Below, piece after piece: positions 8,369-19,038 of a DNA stretch of 39,689 nucleotides. A program made the translations under genes and the position numbers. The notes below the pieces were generated by a model. It ran no database searches, was not told the DNA's origin, and was given only the letters and a program-made list of their open reading frames with translations. The first letter of the stretch is position 1, and every line of letters begins with the position of its first letter. Source of the stretch: an uncultured Candidatus Saccharibacteria bacterium (GTDB taxonomy: Bacteria > Patescibacteriota > Minisyncoccia > Portnoybacterales > UBA2143); NCBI GenBank assembly GCA_964494655.1, contig CAZBRM010000006.1, positions 1-39,689 of the forward strand. Direction: 5' to 3'.

Positions 8369-9062
8369 TGTTTTGAATTTCTTTTAATGTATCTTTTAAA
8401 TCTTTTGGAAGCTCTGATTTGAATTCCATTATCTTACCATCAGGCATTTTAAATTTCAAGTATTCAGCGTGCAAAAACTGTCTGGTCAGTTTTTTAGGGC
8501 AAATCTGTCTTTTAAACTTATATTGCTTATCTCCAACAACTGGATGCCCAATTGATTTTAAATGAATTCTGATTTGATGTGTTCGGCCTGTTTTCGGATA
8601 AACTTCTAATAAAGTATAATTTCCGTCCTTGATGGAAAAATTTTTTATAACTCTATATTCTGTCCAGGCTTTTTTTGATTTATCATCTAATAAGACGCTT
8701 CTTTTTCTGTGGTCTTTTTTTGATAAGCTAATTGATTTTGTGATTGTTCCTTTTTTATCTTTAACTTTTCCGTGAACTAGAGCTAAATATTTTTTAACGA
8801 CTTTTCTATCTTTAAATAAATTTTTTAAATATTCAAAAAATTTATTATTTTTAGCTACAACTATTAAACCAGATGTATCTTTATCTAATCGATGAACAAT
8901 ACCAGGTCGGAGTGGGTCTTCGCCAACATTTTTTATCTCTGGATAATAGGCGAGTAATTCATTAACTAAAGTATTTTTTTGGTCTTGATTAATTGGATGA
9001 ACTATCAAATTAGTCGGTTTGTCTATTACAATAATATCTTTATCTTCATATATAATTTTCAT
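8346..9062 (-). CDS. RluA/RluD-family pseudouridine synthase without an S4 domain
   Basis: [48 protein letters not shown]; start at 9062 because the longer ORF runs through tRNA-Ala. Confidence 0.93.
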   Translation of the reverse strand: MKIIYEDKDIIVIDKPTNLIVHPINQDQKNTLVNELLAYYPEIKNVGEDPLRPGIVHRLDKDTSGLIVVAKNNKFFEYLKNLFKDRKVVKKYLALVHGKVKDKKGTITKSISLSKKDHRKRSVLLDDKSKKAWTEYRVIKNFSIKDGNYTLLEVYPKTGRTHQIRIHLKSIGHPVVGDKQYKFKRQICPKKLTRQFLHAEYLKFKMPDGKIMEFKSELPKDLKDTLKEIQNNESVRRI

Positions 9063-9067
9063 AATTT

Positions 9068-9143
9068 TGGTGGACCGAACAGGACTCGAACCTGCCGCCT
9101 CCGCAGTGCAAGTGCGGCGCTCTACCAGATGAGCTATCGGCCC
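9068..9143 (-). tRNA. tRNA-Ala(UGC)
   Basis: G3-U70 identity pair, CCGCA-CTTGCAC-TGCGG, encoded CCA. Confidence 0.96.
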
Positions 9144-9180
9144 AATAAACATAAAATACCAGAATTTAAGCCAAAAAGCA

Positions 9181-9205
9181 ATAAAGCCCCGTCATCCGAC
9201 GGGGC
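9181..9205 (-). terminator. Hairpin/terminator after tRNA-Val(GAC)
   Basis: GCCCCGTC / GACGGGGC stem followed by TTTAT on the minus strand. Confidence 0.65.
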
Positions 9206-9211
9206 ATAATG

Positions 9212-9285
9212 TGGGCGATACTGGATTCGAACCAGTGACCTTCTCGATGTCACCGAGACGCGCTAACCAACTGCGCCAATCGCCC
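9212..9285 (-). tRNA. tRNA-Val(GAC)
   Basis: GGGCGAT acceptor, TCTCG-GTGACAT-CGAGA, GGTTCGAATCC. Confidence 0.95.
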
Positions 9286-9286
9286 G

Positions 9287-9361
9287 TGGTGGGCGTGGAG
9301 GGGATCGAACCCCCGACCATCTAGATATAAGCTAGATGCTCTACCACTGAGCTACACGCCC
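9287..9361 (-). tRNA. tRNA-Ile(UAU)
   Basis: GGGCGTG acceptor, TCTAG-CTTATAT-CTAGA anticodon arm (anticodon TAT), A73, encoded CCA. Confidence 0.93.
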
Positions 9362-9378
9362 GCAAATATATTTTAACA

Positions 9379-11202
9379 CTAAATTTTCTTTTTCATCAAT
9401 TTTTCAAACTGCTTTCTTTCAATAACCTCTTTCTTTATAAGTATTTGGGCGATTTGATTTAGTTTTTTTCTGTTATTAATAAGAAGTCTTTTGGCTATTT
9501 TATGAGCATTATTAATAAGCTTTGATACTTCTTTATCTATTTGAAAAGCAATTTCTTCAGAATAATCTTTTTCTGTGGCGAGTTCTCTGCCAAGAAAAAT
9601 CATTTCTTCTTTTCCTCCAAATGTTCTTGGGCCTAATTTTTCGCTCATGCCGTATTTAGTTACTAATTTGCGCGCTAGTTCAGTAGCTCTTTGTAAATCA
9701 TTTGAAGCGCCAGTTGTGAGTTCGTTAAATACAAGTTTTTCAGATGTGTATCCTCCTAATAAAACAGTTAATTCATCAATAAATTCAGAACGTGTATAAA
9801 GATGTTTGTCTTCTATAGGTAGTTTTAATGTATAGCCAGCAGCAGATCCTCTTGAGATAATTGATATTTTTTGGACTGGATCAGTATTTGGCAGTAAGGC
9901 GGCTACTAAAGCATGGCCTGATTCATGATAAGCGGTAATTTCTTTTTCTTTTTTAGAAAGTATATTACTTTTTCTTTCAGGTCCTAAAAGTACTTTCTCA
10001 ATACATTCTTTTAATTCGTCCTGGCTTATTTTCTTTTTATTTCTTCTTGCTGTTAAAATAGCTGCTTCATTAACAAGATTAGCTAAATCAGCGCCTGAAA
10101 ATCCAGGAGTTCTTTCTGCAATTTCTCGAAGATTAACATCTTTTTCAAATGGCTTATTTCTAGAGTGAATTTCTAGAATTTTTTTTCTATCTTTAATATC
10201 AGGTAAATCCAATGTAATTCTTCTGTCAAAGCGTCCAGGACGAAGTAATGCTGGATCAAGAACATCAGGTCTGTTCGTCGCGCTTATAAGAATGACGCCT
10301 GTATTTGTTTCAAATCCGTCCATTTCAACAAGTATTTGATTAAGAGTTTGTTCTCTTTCATCATGTCCGCCTCCAATGCCAGATCCTCTTTGTCTGCCAA
10401 TTGCATCAAGCTCATCAATAAAAATTAACGCTGGGGCATTTTTTTTAGCTGTTTGGAAAAGGTCTCGTACTCGCGAACTGCCAACTCCTACAAACATTTC
10501 AACAAATTCTGATCCAGACACGCTGAAAAAAGGAACAATTGCTTCGCTGGCAACAGCTCTTGCTAAAAGTGTTTTTCCTGTTCCGGGCGCTCCAACAAGC
10601 AATACTCCTTTTGGAATTTTTGCTCCTAAATCAATAAATTTTTTAGGTGTTTTAAGAAATTCAACTATTTCCTGCAATTCTTCTTTTGCTTCCTTTAAGC
10701 CAGCGACATCTTTAAATCCTACTTTATTTTTTTCATCTTTTGGATTAATTAAGCGGGCTTTAGAGCGTCCGAATGTGAATGCTTTCATTTGACCTTTTTG
10801 AGCTCCTTTAAATATAAACCAAAAGAAAAAACCAATAATGAGTAGAGGAAAAAAGAAAGGCAAAATAGCTCCCATCCAAAAAGCTGTTCCTGATTCTCCT
10901 TTTATTTCTAAATTAACTAATTTTAATTTTTCTGGATTAACTCCATAATTTTTTAATGATTCTGTTAATGAAGTTTCTTTTTCTTTTGTAGCTTCTTTTT
11001 TCGTATCATCTTTTAATTTGATTTCTAGTTTGTCTCCTTTAATAATAATAGTTGATATATTTTCCTGATTAATTTCTTCAACTAAATTACTTAAAGATAT
11101 TCCTTCTGCTTTTTCTGTTGAATTATCAAAAAGAGCGAAAAAACTAGCGATTGCCAGAAATATTAAAAAAGCAATAATTAAATTTTTAACCAGATATTTC
11201 AT
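9379..11202 (-). CDS. ftsH: ATP-dependent zinc metalloprotease FtsH
   Basis: Two TM helices, [29 protein letters not shown] zinc motif, GASND. Confidence 0.98.
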   Translation of the reverse strand: MKYLVKNLIIAFLIFLAIASFFALFDNSTEKAEGISLSNLVEEINQENISTIIIKGDKLEIKLKDDTKKEATKEKETSLTESLKNYGVNPEKLKLVNLEIKGESGTAFWMGAILPFFFPLLIIGFFFWFIFKGAQKGQMKAFTFGRSKARLINPKDEKNKVGFKDVAGLKEAKEELQEIVEFLKTPKKFIDLGAKIPKGVLLVGAPGTGKTLLARAVASEAIVPFFSVSGSEFVEMFVGVGSSRVRDLFQTAKKNAPALIFIDELDAIGRQRGSGIGGGHDEREQTLNQILVEMDGFETNTGVILISATNRPDVLDPALLRPGRFDRRITLDLPDIKDRKKILEIHSRNKPFEKDVNLREIAERTPGFSGADLANLVNEAAILTARRNKKKISQDELKECIEKVLLGPERKSNILSKKEKEITAYHESGHALVAALLPNTDPVQKISIISRGSAAGYTLKLPIEDKHLYTRSEFIDELTVLLGGYTSEKLVFNELTTGASNDLQRATELARKLVTKYGMSEKLGPRTFGGKEEMIFLGRELATEKDYSEEIAFQIDKEVSKLINNAHKIAKRLLINNRKKLNQIAQILIKKEVIERKQFEKLMKKKI

Positions 11203-11207
11203 ATTGT

Positions 11208-12290
11208 TTATATATTTTTTACTCCTAAGATCATTTTATGCGCTTTAGGAATAAATGATAATATTTCAAAATCATAAGTTTCTCCTATTGTAATAGCATC
11301 TTCCATTTCTTTGTTTTGTTTTGAAAATTCAGAAAGATGAATCATTCCATAAATTCCTTTTTTTATTTCAATAAATGCTCCGGATGGGTTGAACTTAATA
11401 ACTTTGCCTTTGACTGTTTGCCCATTTTTATAATCTTCTTTAATATTTTCCCAAGGATCCTTTTTAAGCGCTTTAATAGAAAGAGATACTTGTCCGTTGC
11501 GTATATCAATTATTTGGGCTTTGACTTTCTCATTTTCCTTAAGCACCTGTTTGGGATGATCTATTATCTGCCAGTCAAGTTCTGATATATGAATAAGGCC
11601 TTCTATATTTTCATCAAATTTAATAAAAGCTCCAAAATTAGTTAAAGCAGTAACAGTTCCTTTAATTACGTCTCCTTTTTTGTAATTACTTAGATTCTCA
11701 TATATTTTTTTCTCTTGAGAGGCCTTTTCTGAAACAACTAATTTATCTGTCTTTTTATCTAGTCCAATAATTTTAACTTTCATTTCTTCGCCTATAAATT
11801 TATTAAGTTCTTTGAGAATTTTATTTTTATCTCCGTCTTCCACTTTTGGATAATTATCAGATGAAAGCTGTGATACAGGAAGAAATCCTATTATTCCTGA
11901 TAATCTTATGACTAATCCTCCTTTATTAGCTTCAATTACTTTAACAGAAACAGTTTCGTTTAACTCTTCTTTTTTATTAATATCAGACCATCCTTTTTCT
12001 ATATTCGCTTCTTTTAATGATAATTCAATATAATTATCTTCATTTTCTGAGTCCAGAACTAAAGCTGAAATTCTTTTACCAATTTCTAAATCTCTAATCA
12101 TATCTTTGTTTTCTCTTAACTCAGCTCCATAAATAACTCCAGTGCCAAAAGGTTCTAATTCTAGTATTAATTCATTGTTGCTTATTTTTATAATTTTACC
12201 CTCAACTATATCTCCTGGCTGAGGAAGGAAAGATGTTTCTTTCTCTTTAATAAGCAATTCTTTCATTGTTTTTGGTTCTTTTTTAGTCAT
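11208..12290 (-). CDS. rpsA: 30S ribosomal protein S1-like protein with four S1 domains
   Basis: ANKGGL, GFLPVSQL, FGAFI...IEGLIHISEL, SLSIK....DPW; start chosen at ATG 12290. Confidence 0.85.
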   Translation of the reverse strand: MTKKEPKTMKELLIKEKETSFLPQPGDIVEGKIIKISNNELILELEPFGTGVIYGAELRENKDMIRDLEIGKRISALVLDSENEDNYIELSLKEANIEKGWSDINKKEELNETVSVKVIEANKGGLVIRLSGIIGFLPVSQLSSDNYPKVEDGDKNKILKELNKFIGEEMKVKIIGLDKKTDKLVVSEKASQEKKIYENLSNYKKGDVIKGTVTALTNFGAFIKFDENIEGLIHISELDWQIIDHPKQVLKENEKVKAQIIDIRNGQVSLSIKALKKDPWENIKEDYKNGQTVKGKVIKFNPSGAFIEIKKGIYGMIHLSEFSKQNKEMEDAITIGETYDFEILSFIPKAHKMILGVKNI

Positions 12291-12388
12291 AAGTATTAAC
12301 ATTTTAACAAATAATATATTGAAGTATAGCTTAAGATTGCTGACTTGGCAAGAGTCTGAATACATGATAAAATTATAATATTATATTT

Positions 12389-13036
12389 ATGATTATAAAT
12401 TGGTATGGGCATTCTTGTTTCAAAATAACTAATCAAGGAGGTCGTTTGATTATTATAACTGACCCGTTTGATAAAAAAATCGGATTGAATCCGCCTCGTT
12501 GTAGTGCGGATATTGTGACTGTTTCTCATCAGCACTATGACCACAACAATACTAAAACAATCACAGGGATGGAAGATAGTAAACCATTTATTGTTGACAG
12601 TCCTGGTGAATATGAAATTAAGGGAGTCAGTATAGTTGGCTGCCGTAGCTTTCATGACAAAGAAAAGAAAGAGCAAAACATTATATATTTGATGGAAATT
12701 GATAGAATAAGAGTTTGTCATTTAGGAGATTTAGGACAAGATAAATTAGAAGACAAGCAAATAGAAAAAATTGGAAACGTTGATGTTTTAATGATTCCTG
12801 TTGGGGGAAATTATACTATTGGAGCAAAAAGAGCTGTAAAAATAATTAATCAGGTTGAGCCAAGTATTGTTATTCCTATTCATTATAAGCTCCCAGGGCT
12901 TAAGATAAATCTGGATGATGTTAAAGAATTTTTAAAAGAAATGGGATTAAATGGCATAGCGCCAGTTGATAAGCTAACTGTGAAAAAGAAAGATTTACTT
13001 GGAAAGCAAATAGAAGTGGTTGTCATGAAGCCATAA
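12389..13036 (+). CDS. Metallo-beta-lactamase-fold Zn-dependent hydrolase
   Basis: WYGHSCF, TDPF, SHQHYDH, HLGDLG, IPVGG, IPIHY. Confidence 0.9.
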   Translation: MIINWYGHSCFKITNQGGRLIIITDPFDKKIGLNPPRCSADIVTVSHQHYDHNNTKTITGMEDSKPFIVDSPGEYEIKGVSIVGCRSFHDKEKKEQNIIYLMEIDRIRVCHLGDLGQDKLEDKQIEKIGNVDVLMIPVGGNYTIGAKRAVKIINQVEPSIVIPIHYKLPGLKINLDDVKEFLKEMGLNGIAPVDKLTVKKKDLLGKQIEVVVMKP

Positions 13037-13045
13037 ATAATTAAA

Positions 13046-13384
13046 ATGTCGTTAATTGATTTTATTCAAAAAATTCAAAAAAAGCCTCGTTATGTCCGCA
13101 TTCAATTTTTATGGGCATCTGTTTTTATTTGCATGTTTTTTATTGTTTCTATCTGGGTTTTTTCTTTGAAATATTCTTTATCAGTTGAAGATGATAATAA
13201 AAAAGATGATAACAACATTAGCAATAATATGATTTCTTTAAAAGACGCTTTTAAGGCGAGTATTAGTGCTTTTTTTGAAAAAGAACCAGAAAATGATTCT
13301 GAACAAATAGAATTTGAAACAGAAACAGAGAGCATTAATGCATCAAATGAAATAAAACCGGCTAAATTGCCGCTTTCTCAATAA
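13046..13384 (+). CDS. Hypothetical single-pass membrane protein
   Basis: Basic N-terminus, one TM helix, acidic tail; tight operon spacing. Confidence 0.75.
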   Translation: MSLIDFIQKIQKKPRYVRIQFLWASVFICMFFIVSIWVFSLKYSLSVEDDNKKDDNNISNNMISLKDAFKASISAFFEKEPENDSEQIEFETETESINASNEIKPAKLPLSQ

Positions 13385-13391
13385 ATATATT

Positions 13392-15824
13392 ATGGAAATA
13401 GGTCATATTAAAAAATATTCAATCACTAAAGAAATGGAAGAATCGTATTTAGATTACGCTATGAGCGTAATTATTTCGCGCGCCTTACCTGATGTTCGCG
13501 ATGGCCTCAAACCTGTTCATCGTCGTATTTTATACGCTATGCACGGATTGGGATTGACGAATTCTTCTAAATACAGGAAATCAGCTACTGTTATTGGTGA
13601 AGTTTTGGGAAAATACCATCCTCATGGTGATGCTGCTGTATATGATTCTTTAGTAAGAATGGCTCAGGATTTTTCATTAAGGTATCCATTAATTGACGGA
13701 CAAGGAAATTTTGGATCAATGGATGGAGATAATGCAGCAGCTTTTAGATATACTGAAGCAAAAATGTCTAAAATTACTGATGAAATGCTTTTAGATATCG
13801 GAAAAGGAACAGTAAATTGGATTGATAATTATGATGGGACTCGCAAGGAACCAGTTGTTTTTCCTGCAAAATTACCTCAGCTTTTACTGAATGGCGTTAT
13901 GGGTATTGCTGTTGGAATGATGACGAATATACCTCCTCATAATTTAGGAGAAATAATTGATGGAATACTTTATTTTATTGACCATCCAGAAGCAACAGTA
14001 AAAGATCTTTTTCAATTTATTAAAGGACCTGATTTTCCAACTGGCGGTGAAATTTATAATCGTAAAGGAATGATTCAAGCATATAGTTCAGGCAAAGGTC
14101 CTATTGTTATAAGAGCCAAAACGAAAATTACTGAAGATAAAAAAGGCAAATTTCAAATTTTAGTTACTGAAATGGTTTATGGCGTCAATAAAGCTAATTT
14201 GATAATTAAAATAGCTGACTTAGTGAAGAATAAGAGAATACAAGGCATTAAGGATATTCGCGATGAATCAAATAAGCAAGGAGTAAGAATTGTTATTGAT
14301 TTGAAAAACGACGCCTATCCTAAGAAAATACTTAATCATCTTTTTAAATTTACTGATTTGCAAAAAACATTTCATATGAATATGCTTGCTTTAATTAATG
14401 GAATCCAGCCGCAAGTTTTATCCTTAACTGATTTTTTAGAAGAGTATATCAAACACCGTCAAGAAATTATTATTAGAAAAACTAAATTTGAATTAAATCA
14501 GGCAAAAGAAAGAGCTCATATTTTGATGGGATTAAGTAAAGCGCTTGATAATATTGATGCCGTTATAAATACAATCAAAGAATCCAAAAACAAGGAAGAG
14601 GCGCGTAAAAACTTAATGAAGAAATTTAAATTCAGTGATAGGCAAGCAGAAGCTATTTTAGAAATGAAATTACAGACATTGGCTGGTCTAGAGCAGAAGA
14701 AAATAAAAGATGAATTAAAAGAAAAAAAGCAATTAATTAAGGAATTAGAAGTATTGCTTAAAAGTCCTAAAAAAATATTAACTGTGATTAAAAAAGAACT
14801 CAAAAAATTAAAAGAGCAATACAATGACGAAAGACGAACCAAAGTTTATGCTAATCCAGTAGGCGAATTAAATATAGAAGAATTAGTTCCAAAAGAAGAT
14901 TGCATAATTATATTAACAGAAGGAGGTTATATAAAAAGAGTTAATCCTCAGTCATATCGTGTTCAACATAGAGGAGGTAAAGGAGTTGTTGGAATAACCC
15001 CCAGAGAAGAAGATGCAGTAGGATATTTTATGCATGCTTCAACGCATGACAATATTTTATTCTTTACTGATAAGGGACGCGTTTTTAAATCAATGGCTTA
15101 TGAACTTCCTGAAACAAAAAAAATAGCTCGCGGACAAGCTATTGTTAATATTTTACAATTAGGTCCGAATGAAAAGGTTGCAGCTGTTCTTAATATCAGC
15201 AAAGGAGATGATGCTGAATATTTGGTAATGTCTACTGAAAATGGTATAATTAAAAGAACGAAAACAGATGATTTTTCTAATGTTCGCATTAGCGGTTTGA
15301 TTGCAATTAAATTAAAAAAAGAAGATAAACTTAAATGGGCTGATTTTACTTCTGGCAAGGATGAAATTATGTTGGTTACAGCAAAAGGTCAGAGTATTCG
15401 TTTTAAAGAGAATGATGTTAGAGTTATGGGCAGAGCAGCTGCTGGCGTCAAGGGCATTAATCTAAGAGATGATGATAAATTAGTAAGAATGGATATTATA
15501 AGAGATGGTAAAGATAAAAAAGATTTAAAAATTTTAGTTGTTACTCAAAATGGATTTGGCAAGAAAACAGATTTGAAATATTATAAGCTTCAAAAAAGAG
15601 GCGGTATAGGAATTAAAACAGCTAAAATTAACAATAAAACAGGAGATATTGTCGTAAGTCAGATATTAGATAAAGAGCAAGAAGATCTAATTGCTATTTC
15701 TAAAAAGGGTCAAGTGATTAAGACAAAACTTAAAAGTGTTTCTTGTTTAAACAGAGCAACTCAAGGAGTTAAAATTATGAAATTAAGGCAAGGCGATAAA
15801 GTTGTTTCAGTAGCTTGTATATAA
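13392..15824 (+). CDS. gyrA: DNA gyrase subunit A
   Basis: [30 protein letters not shown] catalytic Tyr, GyrA-box QHRGGKG, C-terminal pinwheel repeats. Confidence 0.98.
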   Translation: MEIGHIKKYSITKEMEESYLDYAMSVIISRALPDVRDGLKPVHRRILYAMHGLGLTNSSKYRKSATVIGEVLGKYHPHGDAAVYDSLVRMAQDFSLRYPLIDGQGNFGSMDGDNAAAFRYTEAKMSKITDEMLLDIGKGTVNWIDNYDGTRKEPVVFPAKLPQLLLNGVMGIAVGMMTNIPPHNLGEIIDGILYFIDHPEATVKDLFQFIKGPDFPTGGEIYNRKGMIQAYSSGKGPIVIRAKTKITEDKKGKFQILVTEMVYGVNKANLIIKIADLVKNKRIQGIKDIRDESNKQGVRIVIDLKNDAYPKKILNHLFKFTDLQKTFHMNMLALINGIQPQVLSLTDFLEEYIKHRQEIIIRKTKFELNQAKERAHILMGLSKALDNIDAVINTIKESKNKEEARKNLMKKFKFSDRQAEAILEMKLQTLAGLEQKKIKDELKEKKQLIKELEVLLKSPKKILTVIKKELKKLKEQYNDERRTKVYANPVGELNIEELVPKEDCIIILTEGGYIKRVNPQSYRVQHRGGKGVVGITPREEDAVGYFMHASTHDNILFFTDKGRVFKSMAYELPETKKIARGQAIVNILQLGPNEKVAAVLNISKGDDAEYLVMSTENGIIKRTKTDDFSNVRISGLIAIKLKKEDKLKWADFTSGKDEIMLVTAKGQSIRFKENDVRVMGRAAAGVKGINLRDDDKLVRMDIIRDGKDKKDLKILVVTQNGFGKKTDLKYYKLQKRGGIGIKTAKINNKTGDIVVSQILDKEQEDLIAISKKGQVIKTKLKSVSCLNRATQGVKIMKLRQGDKVVSVACI

Positions 15825-15830
15825 AAATTT

Positions 15831-16367
15831 ATGCAAAATAATACCAATGGGTTTCTTCATCCCAAAGAAATTTTAAAACAGATAGGTATTCACAATAATA
15901 TGAATATTGCTGATTTTGGTTGCGGTAATGGTTATTTTAGTATTCCGATGGCAGAAATTGCTGAACAGGGGCGCGTTTACGCTTTGGATATTATGAAAGA
16001 TACGCTAGAAGCAGTTATGAGTAAAGCAAAATTGAGAAATATATTAAACATTGAAACAGTTCATTGTAATCTTGAAATTTCTAATGGTTCAAAATTAAAT
16101 AATAAATCAATAGATTTAGTTCTTTTGCGAAATATTTTATTTCAGTCACAAAAGAAATCTAAAATAATCAAAGAGGCAAAAAGAGTTTTGAAAGATAATA
16201 GCAGGCTTGTTCTTATAGAATGGATTAAAGATTCTTCTTTAGCGCCTAAAGACTGTTGGTTGATTTCAAAAGAAGAAGCGCAGCAATTGGTCAAATTAGA
16301 AGGATTTGATTTTGAAAAAGAATTAGAAATAGATAATCATCATTACGGACTTGTTTTTAGAAAATAA
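15831..16367 (+). CDS. Class I SAM-dependent methyltransferase
   Basis: ADFGCGNG motif I, VYALD, EAKRVLK. Confidence 0.88.
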   Translation: MQNNTNGFLHPKEILKQIGIHNNMNIADFGCGNGYFSIPMAEIAEQGRVYALDIMKDTLEAVMSKAKLRNILNIETVHCNLEISNGSKLNNKSIDLVLLRNILFQSQKKSKIIKEAKRVLKDNSRLVLIEWIKDSSLAPKDCWLISKEEAQQLVKLEGFDFEKELEIDNHHYGLVFRK

Positions 16368-16387
16368 ATATCATAATTTTTAATTTT

Positions 16388-17680
16388 GTGTTTAAAATAA
16401 AAACAATTACTATTTATACGTTTATTGCTCCTATTTTTGTTTTTGCTTTAGCAATTTCTTTTCCAGGATGCAAATCTAGTCCATTAGAACAAACGGAATT
16501 AGAATTTTGGGGAGCTTTTGATGATTCTGATGTTTTTAATGAATTGATTGCTGATTTTAACAGTGAATTTCCAAGAACTAAAATTAAATATTACAAAAAG
16601 GTTTATTTAACATACGAAAAAGATTTACTTGAAGCAATGGCAAGCGGGAGAGGTCCTGATATTTTTATGATTCATCATACCTGGGTGCCTAAATATGAAG
16701 ATAAAATTTGGGCTGCTCCATCTGATTTAGTTTTAATCAAGGATATTCAGGACAATTTTGTTGATGTTGTTTATAAAGATTTTGTTATAGATGGTTATGT
16801 TGTTGCTCTTCCTTTAAGTGTTGACACATTAGCTCTTTATTATAATAAAGATATTTTTAATACAGTTGGCATTGCTCAGCCGCCTCAAACATGGGAAGAA
16901 TTTTTAGGTGTTTTAGAGAAATTAACTATAAAAGATGAAAGGGATAATATTATTCGCGCTGGAGCTTCTTTAGGCACAGCAAGAAATGTTAATCGTTCAA
17001 CTGATATTTTATCACTTTTAATGTTGCAATCAGGCGCTCAAATGATAAATCAAAATAAAACAACAGCTACTTTTAATGGAGCTGTTGAATTAGATAATAA
17101 AAATTTTTATCCAGGTCAAAGAGCTTTAGAATTCTATACTGATTTTGCTAATCCTTTAAAATCATCTTATACTTGGAATACAAGAATGCATTATTCTATT
17201 GACGCTTTTTACGAGGGAACAACAGCAATGATGTTTAATTATTCTTATCATTTGCCAACAATTAAAGCTAAATCGCCTTATTTAAATTTCGGAGTTGCAA
17301 AAATGCCTCAAATTGAAAGTTCAGAAAAAGATATTAATTATGCTAATTATTGGGGCATGGCTGTTTCTCGTAATTCCGAGAATTCAGAACAAGCCTGGGA
17401 ATTTATAAATTGGCTTACACAGAAAGAAAGTTCAAAGAAGTATTTAGAAAAAACAAAAAAACCAACAGCTCGTAGGGATTTAGTTGATTGGCAAAAGAAT
17501 GATCAAGATGTAGGTATTTTTGCTGAACAATCATTATCTGCTCAATCATGGTATCAAACTGATAGTTTATCTATTGAAAATATCTTTGCTGATATGATAG
17601 AATCAATAGTATTAGGCGAAGAAACTATTAACAAGGCGATTGACAAGTCAATTAATCAAATTAATCTTTTGATGAAATAA
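16388..17680 (+). CDS. Extracellular solute-binding lipoprotein (family 1, sugar-type)
   Basis: Lipobox-like FPGC, SGRGPDIF, ALP...DTLALYYNKD, PPQTWEEF, AWEFINWL. Confidence 0.88.
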   Translation: MFKIKTITIYTFIAPIFVFALAISFPGCKSSPLEQTELEFWGAFDDSDVFNELIADFNSEFPRTKIKYYKKVYLTYEKDLLEAMASGRGPDIFMIHHTWVPKYEDKIWAAPSDLVLIKDIQDNFVDVVYKDFVIDGYVVALPLSVDTLALYYNKDIFNTVGIAQPPQTWEEFLGVLEKLTIKDERDNIIRAGASLGTARNVNRSTDILSLLMLQSGAQMINQNKTTATFNGAVELDNKNFYPGQRALEFYTDFANPLKSSYTWNTRMHYSIDAFYEGTTAMMFNYSYHLPTIKAKSPYLNFGVAKMPQIESSEKDINYANYWGMAVSRNSENSEQAWEFINWLTQKESSKKYLEKTKKPTARRDLVDWQKNDQDVGIFAEQSLSAQSWYQTDSLSIENIFADMIESIVLGEETINKAIDKSINQINLLMK

Positions 17681-17687
17681 TAATTTA

Positions 17688-18095
17688 ATGAAAGTTTTAA
17701 AAATATTTTTTATTATTTATTTAATTGTTATCGTGTTTATTGGATCTAATTTTGTTGATGCCGGTATTCATACTGGACCGATAGTTCCTTGTAAGGATGA
17801 TTGTACTCTCTGTCATCTTTGGCATTTAGCGAGTAATATAATTAATTTTATTAGTTTTAATTTAGCTATTCCAATTGCAACTCTTTTATTTATAACAGCA
17901 GGCATTATTTTTCTAACGTCAGGCGGAAGTGAACAAAAAGTTGGTTTAGCAAGAAGTATTTTTATTAATACGGTTATCGGCTTGTTAATTATCTTTTGTA
18001 GCTGGCTTTTAATTGATACTTTATTGAAAACAATTGCTACTGGCGAAATTAGTGGCGCTTGGAATCAATTTCCTACCTGTCCACCCATAAAATGA
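17688..18095 (+). CDS. TrbC/VirB2-type pilin with Cys-containing variable region
   Basis: Signal peptide, IVPC...CTLC, TM-G...TSGG..K...AR....N.VIG-TM architecture. Confidence 0.78.
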   Translation: MKVLKIFFIIYLIVIVFIGSNFVDAGIHTGPIVPCKDDCTLCHLWHLASNIINFISFNLAIPIATLLFITAGIIFLTSGGSEQKVGLARSIFINTVIGLLIIFCSWLLIDTLLKTIATGEISGAWNQFPTCPPIK

Positions 18096-18481
18096 TAAAA
18101 AATATGATTAAGAATATATTTAAAAAAAGTTATTTATTGATTATTTCAATTTTATTATTTGGGTTTTCAGTGGTTGCTATTTATGCAAAAGATGGAGATT
18201 CTCCGCCACCAAAAACAGGTGGTTCAATAACAAATCCGCTTAACGCGACTAGTTTTACAGAGTTGATTGGAGGCATTATTGATTGGGTTGTCGCTATTGG
18301 CATATTGATTGCTGTTATTATGATTATTTATTCTGGGATATTATTCATGACTTCTGGGGGGAAAGAAGAGAGCGTTACTAAAGCAAGAAAAGCGTTAACA
18401 TGGTCTATAATTGGTCTAGCTGTTTTGTTAATAGGCAGAGGATGGATTGGGATAGTTAAGAGTCTTATTGGAGGGGAATAA
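18092..18481 (+). CDS. TrbC/VirB2-type pilin
   Basis: ITNPL, MIIYSG...MTSGG.EE.V.KARKAL.WSIIGL; ATGA overlap with the upstream pilin (alternative start 18104). Confidence 0.8.
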   Translation: MIKNMIKNIFKKSYLLIISILLFGFSVVAIYAKDGDSPPPKTGGSITNPLNATSFTELIGGIIDWVVAIGILIAVIMIIYSGILFMTSGGKEESVTKARKALTWSIIGLAVLLIGRGWIGIVKSLIGGE

Positions 18482-18494
18482 TATAAATTAAATA

Positions 18495-18527
18495 GCCCGC
18501 CTTCGTTTTATAAAACTTCGGCGAGGC
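18495..18527. repeat. Imperfect GC-rich intergenic palindrome
   Basis: GCCCGCCTTCGTTTTATAAAACTTCGGCGAGGC. Confidence 0.5.
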
Positions 18528-18585
18528 GCTAAGTTTTCTAACTAAAATAAATTTTAGAGAAAATTTGCGAAAGGGGGTGAAATTT

Positions 18586-18945
18586 GTGAAAAAAATTAAA
18601 AAAATAACATATTCTTTTATTGCTTTTTTATTAGCTTTACCGTTTGTCGTTGGCGCTGCTGAACCAACCATTCCAGCAGAAGGGAGTGTTAATACAATTG
18701 ATGAAGTATATTTGTTATTTCTTAAAATCGTAAATTATGTTTTTGGTTTTGCTTTTGGAATAGCTATTGTTTTAATAGTTTGGAGTGGAATAAGCTGGAT
18801 GACTTCTGGAGGAGATGAAATAAAAATAACAACAGCACGCAAGAATCTGCTTTATGGTTTAGTCGGGATAGCTATTATTATTGGAGTTTATACATTGATT
18901 AAAATTGTGGCTGGTTTATTAGGTGTTAGTGTAACCATACCTTAG
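18586..18945 (+). CDS. TrbC/VirB2-type pilin
   Basis: IVWSG..WMTSGGDE.KI..ARKNL.YG.VG; GTG start after SD-like AAAGGGGGTG. Confidence 0.8.
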   Translation: MKKIKKITYSFIAFLLALPFVVGAAEPTIPAEGSVNTIDEVYLLFLKIVNYVFGFAFGIAIVLIVWSGISWMTSGGDEIKITTARKNLLYGLVGIAIIIGVYTLIKIVAGLLGVSVTIP

Positions 18946-18957
18946 TTAATGTGGTTT

Positions 18958-18977
18958 AAGATATTTTAAAATATCTT
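18958..18977. repeat. Perfect 20-bp AT-rich palindrome
   Basis: AAGATATTTTAAAATATCTT is its own reverse complement. Confidence 0.6.
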
Positions 18978-18991
18978 GTTTGTTTAAATTT

Positions 18992-19036
18992 AAAAAGCCA
19001 GGCAGGTTATTTTGCTTTTACCTTGCCTGGCTTTTT
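18992..19036. terminator. Bidirectional intrinsic terminator
   Basis: AAAAAGCCAGGCA ... TGCCTGGCTTTTT between convergent genes. Confidence 0.8.
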
Positions 19037-19038
19037 GG

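Noticed and set aside
9063-9152. N-terminal extensions of the pseudouridine synthase and of recG (35421-35465)
   Set aside because: They run through tRNA genes; downstream ATGs match the family N-termini.
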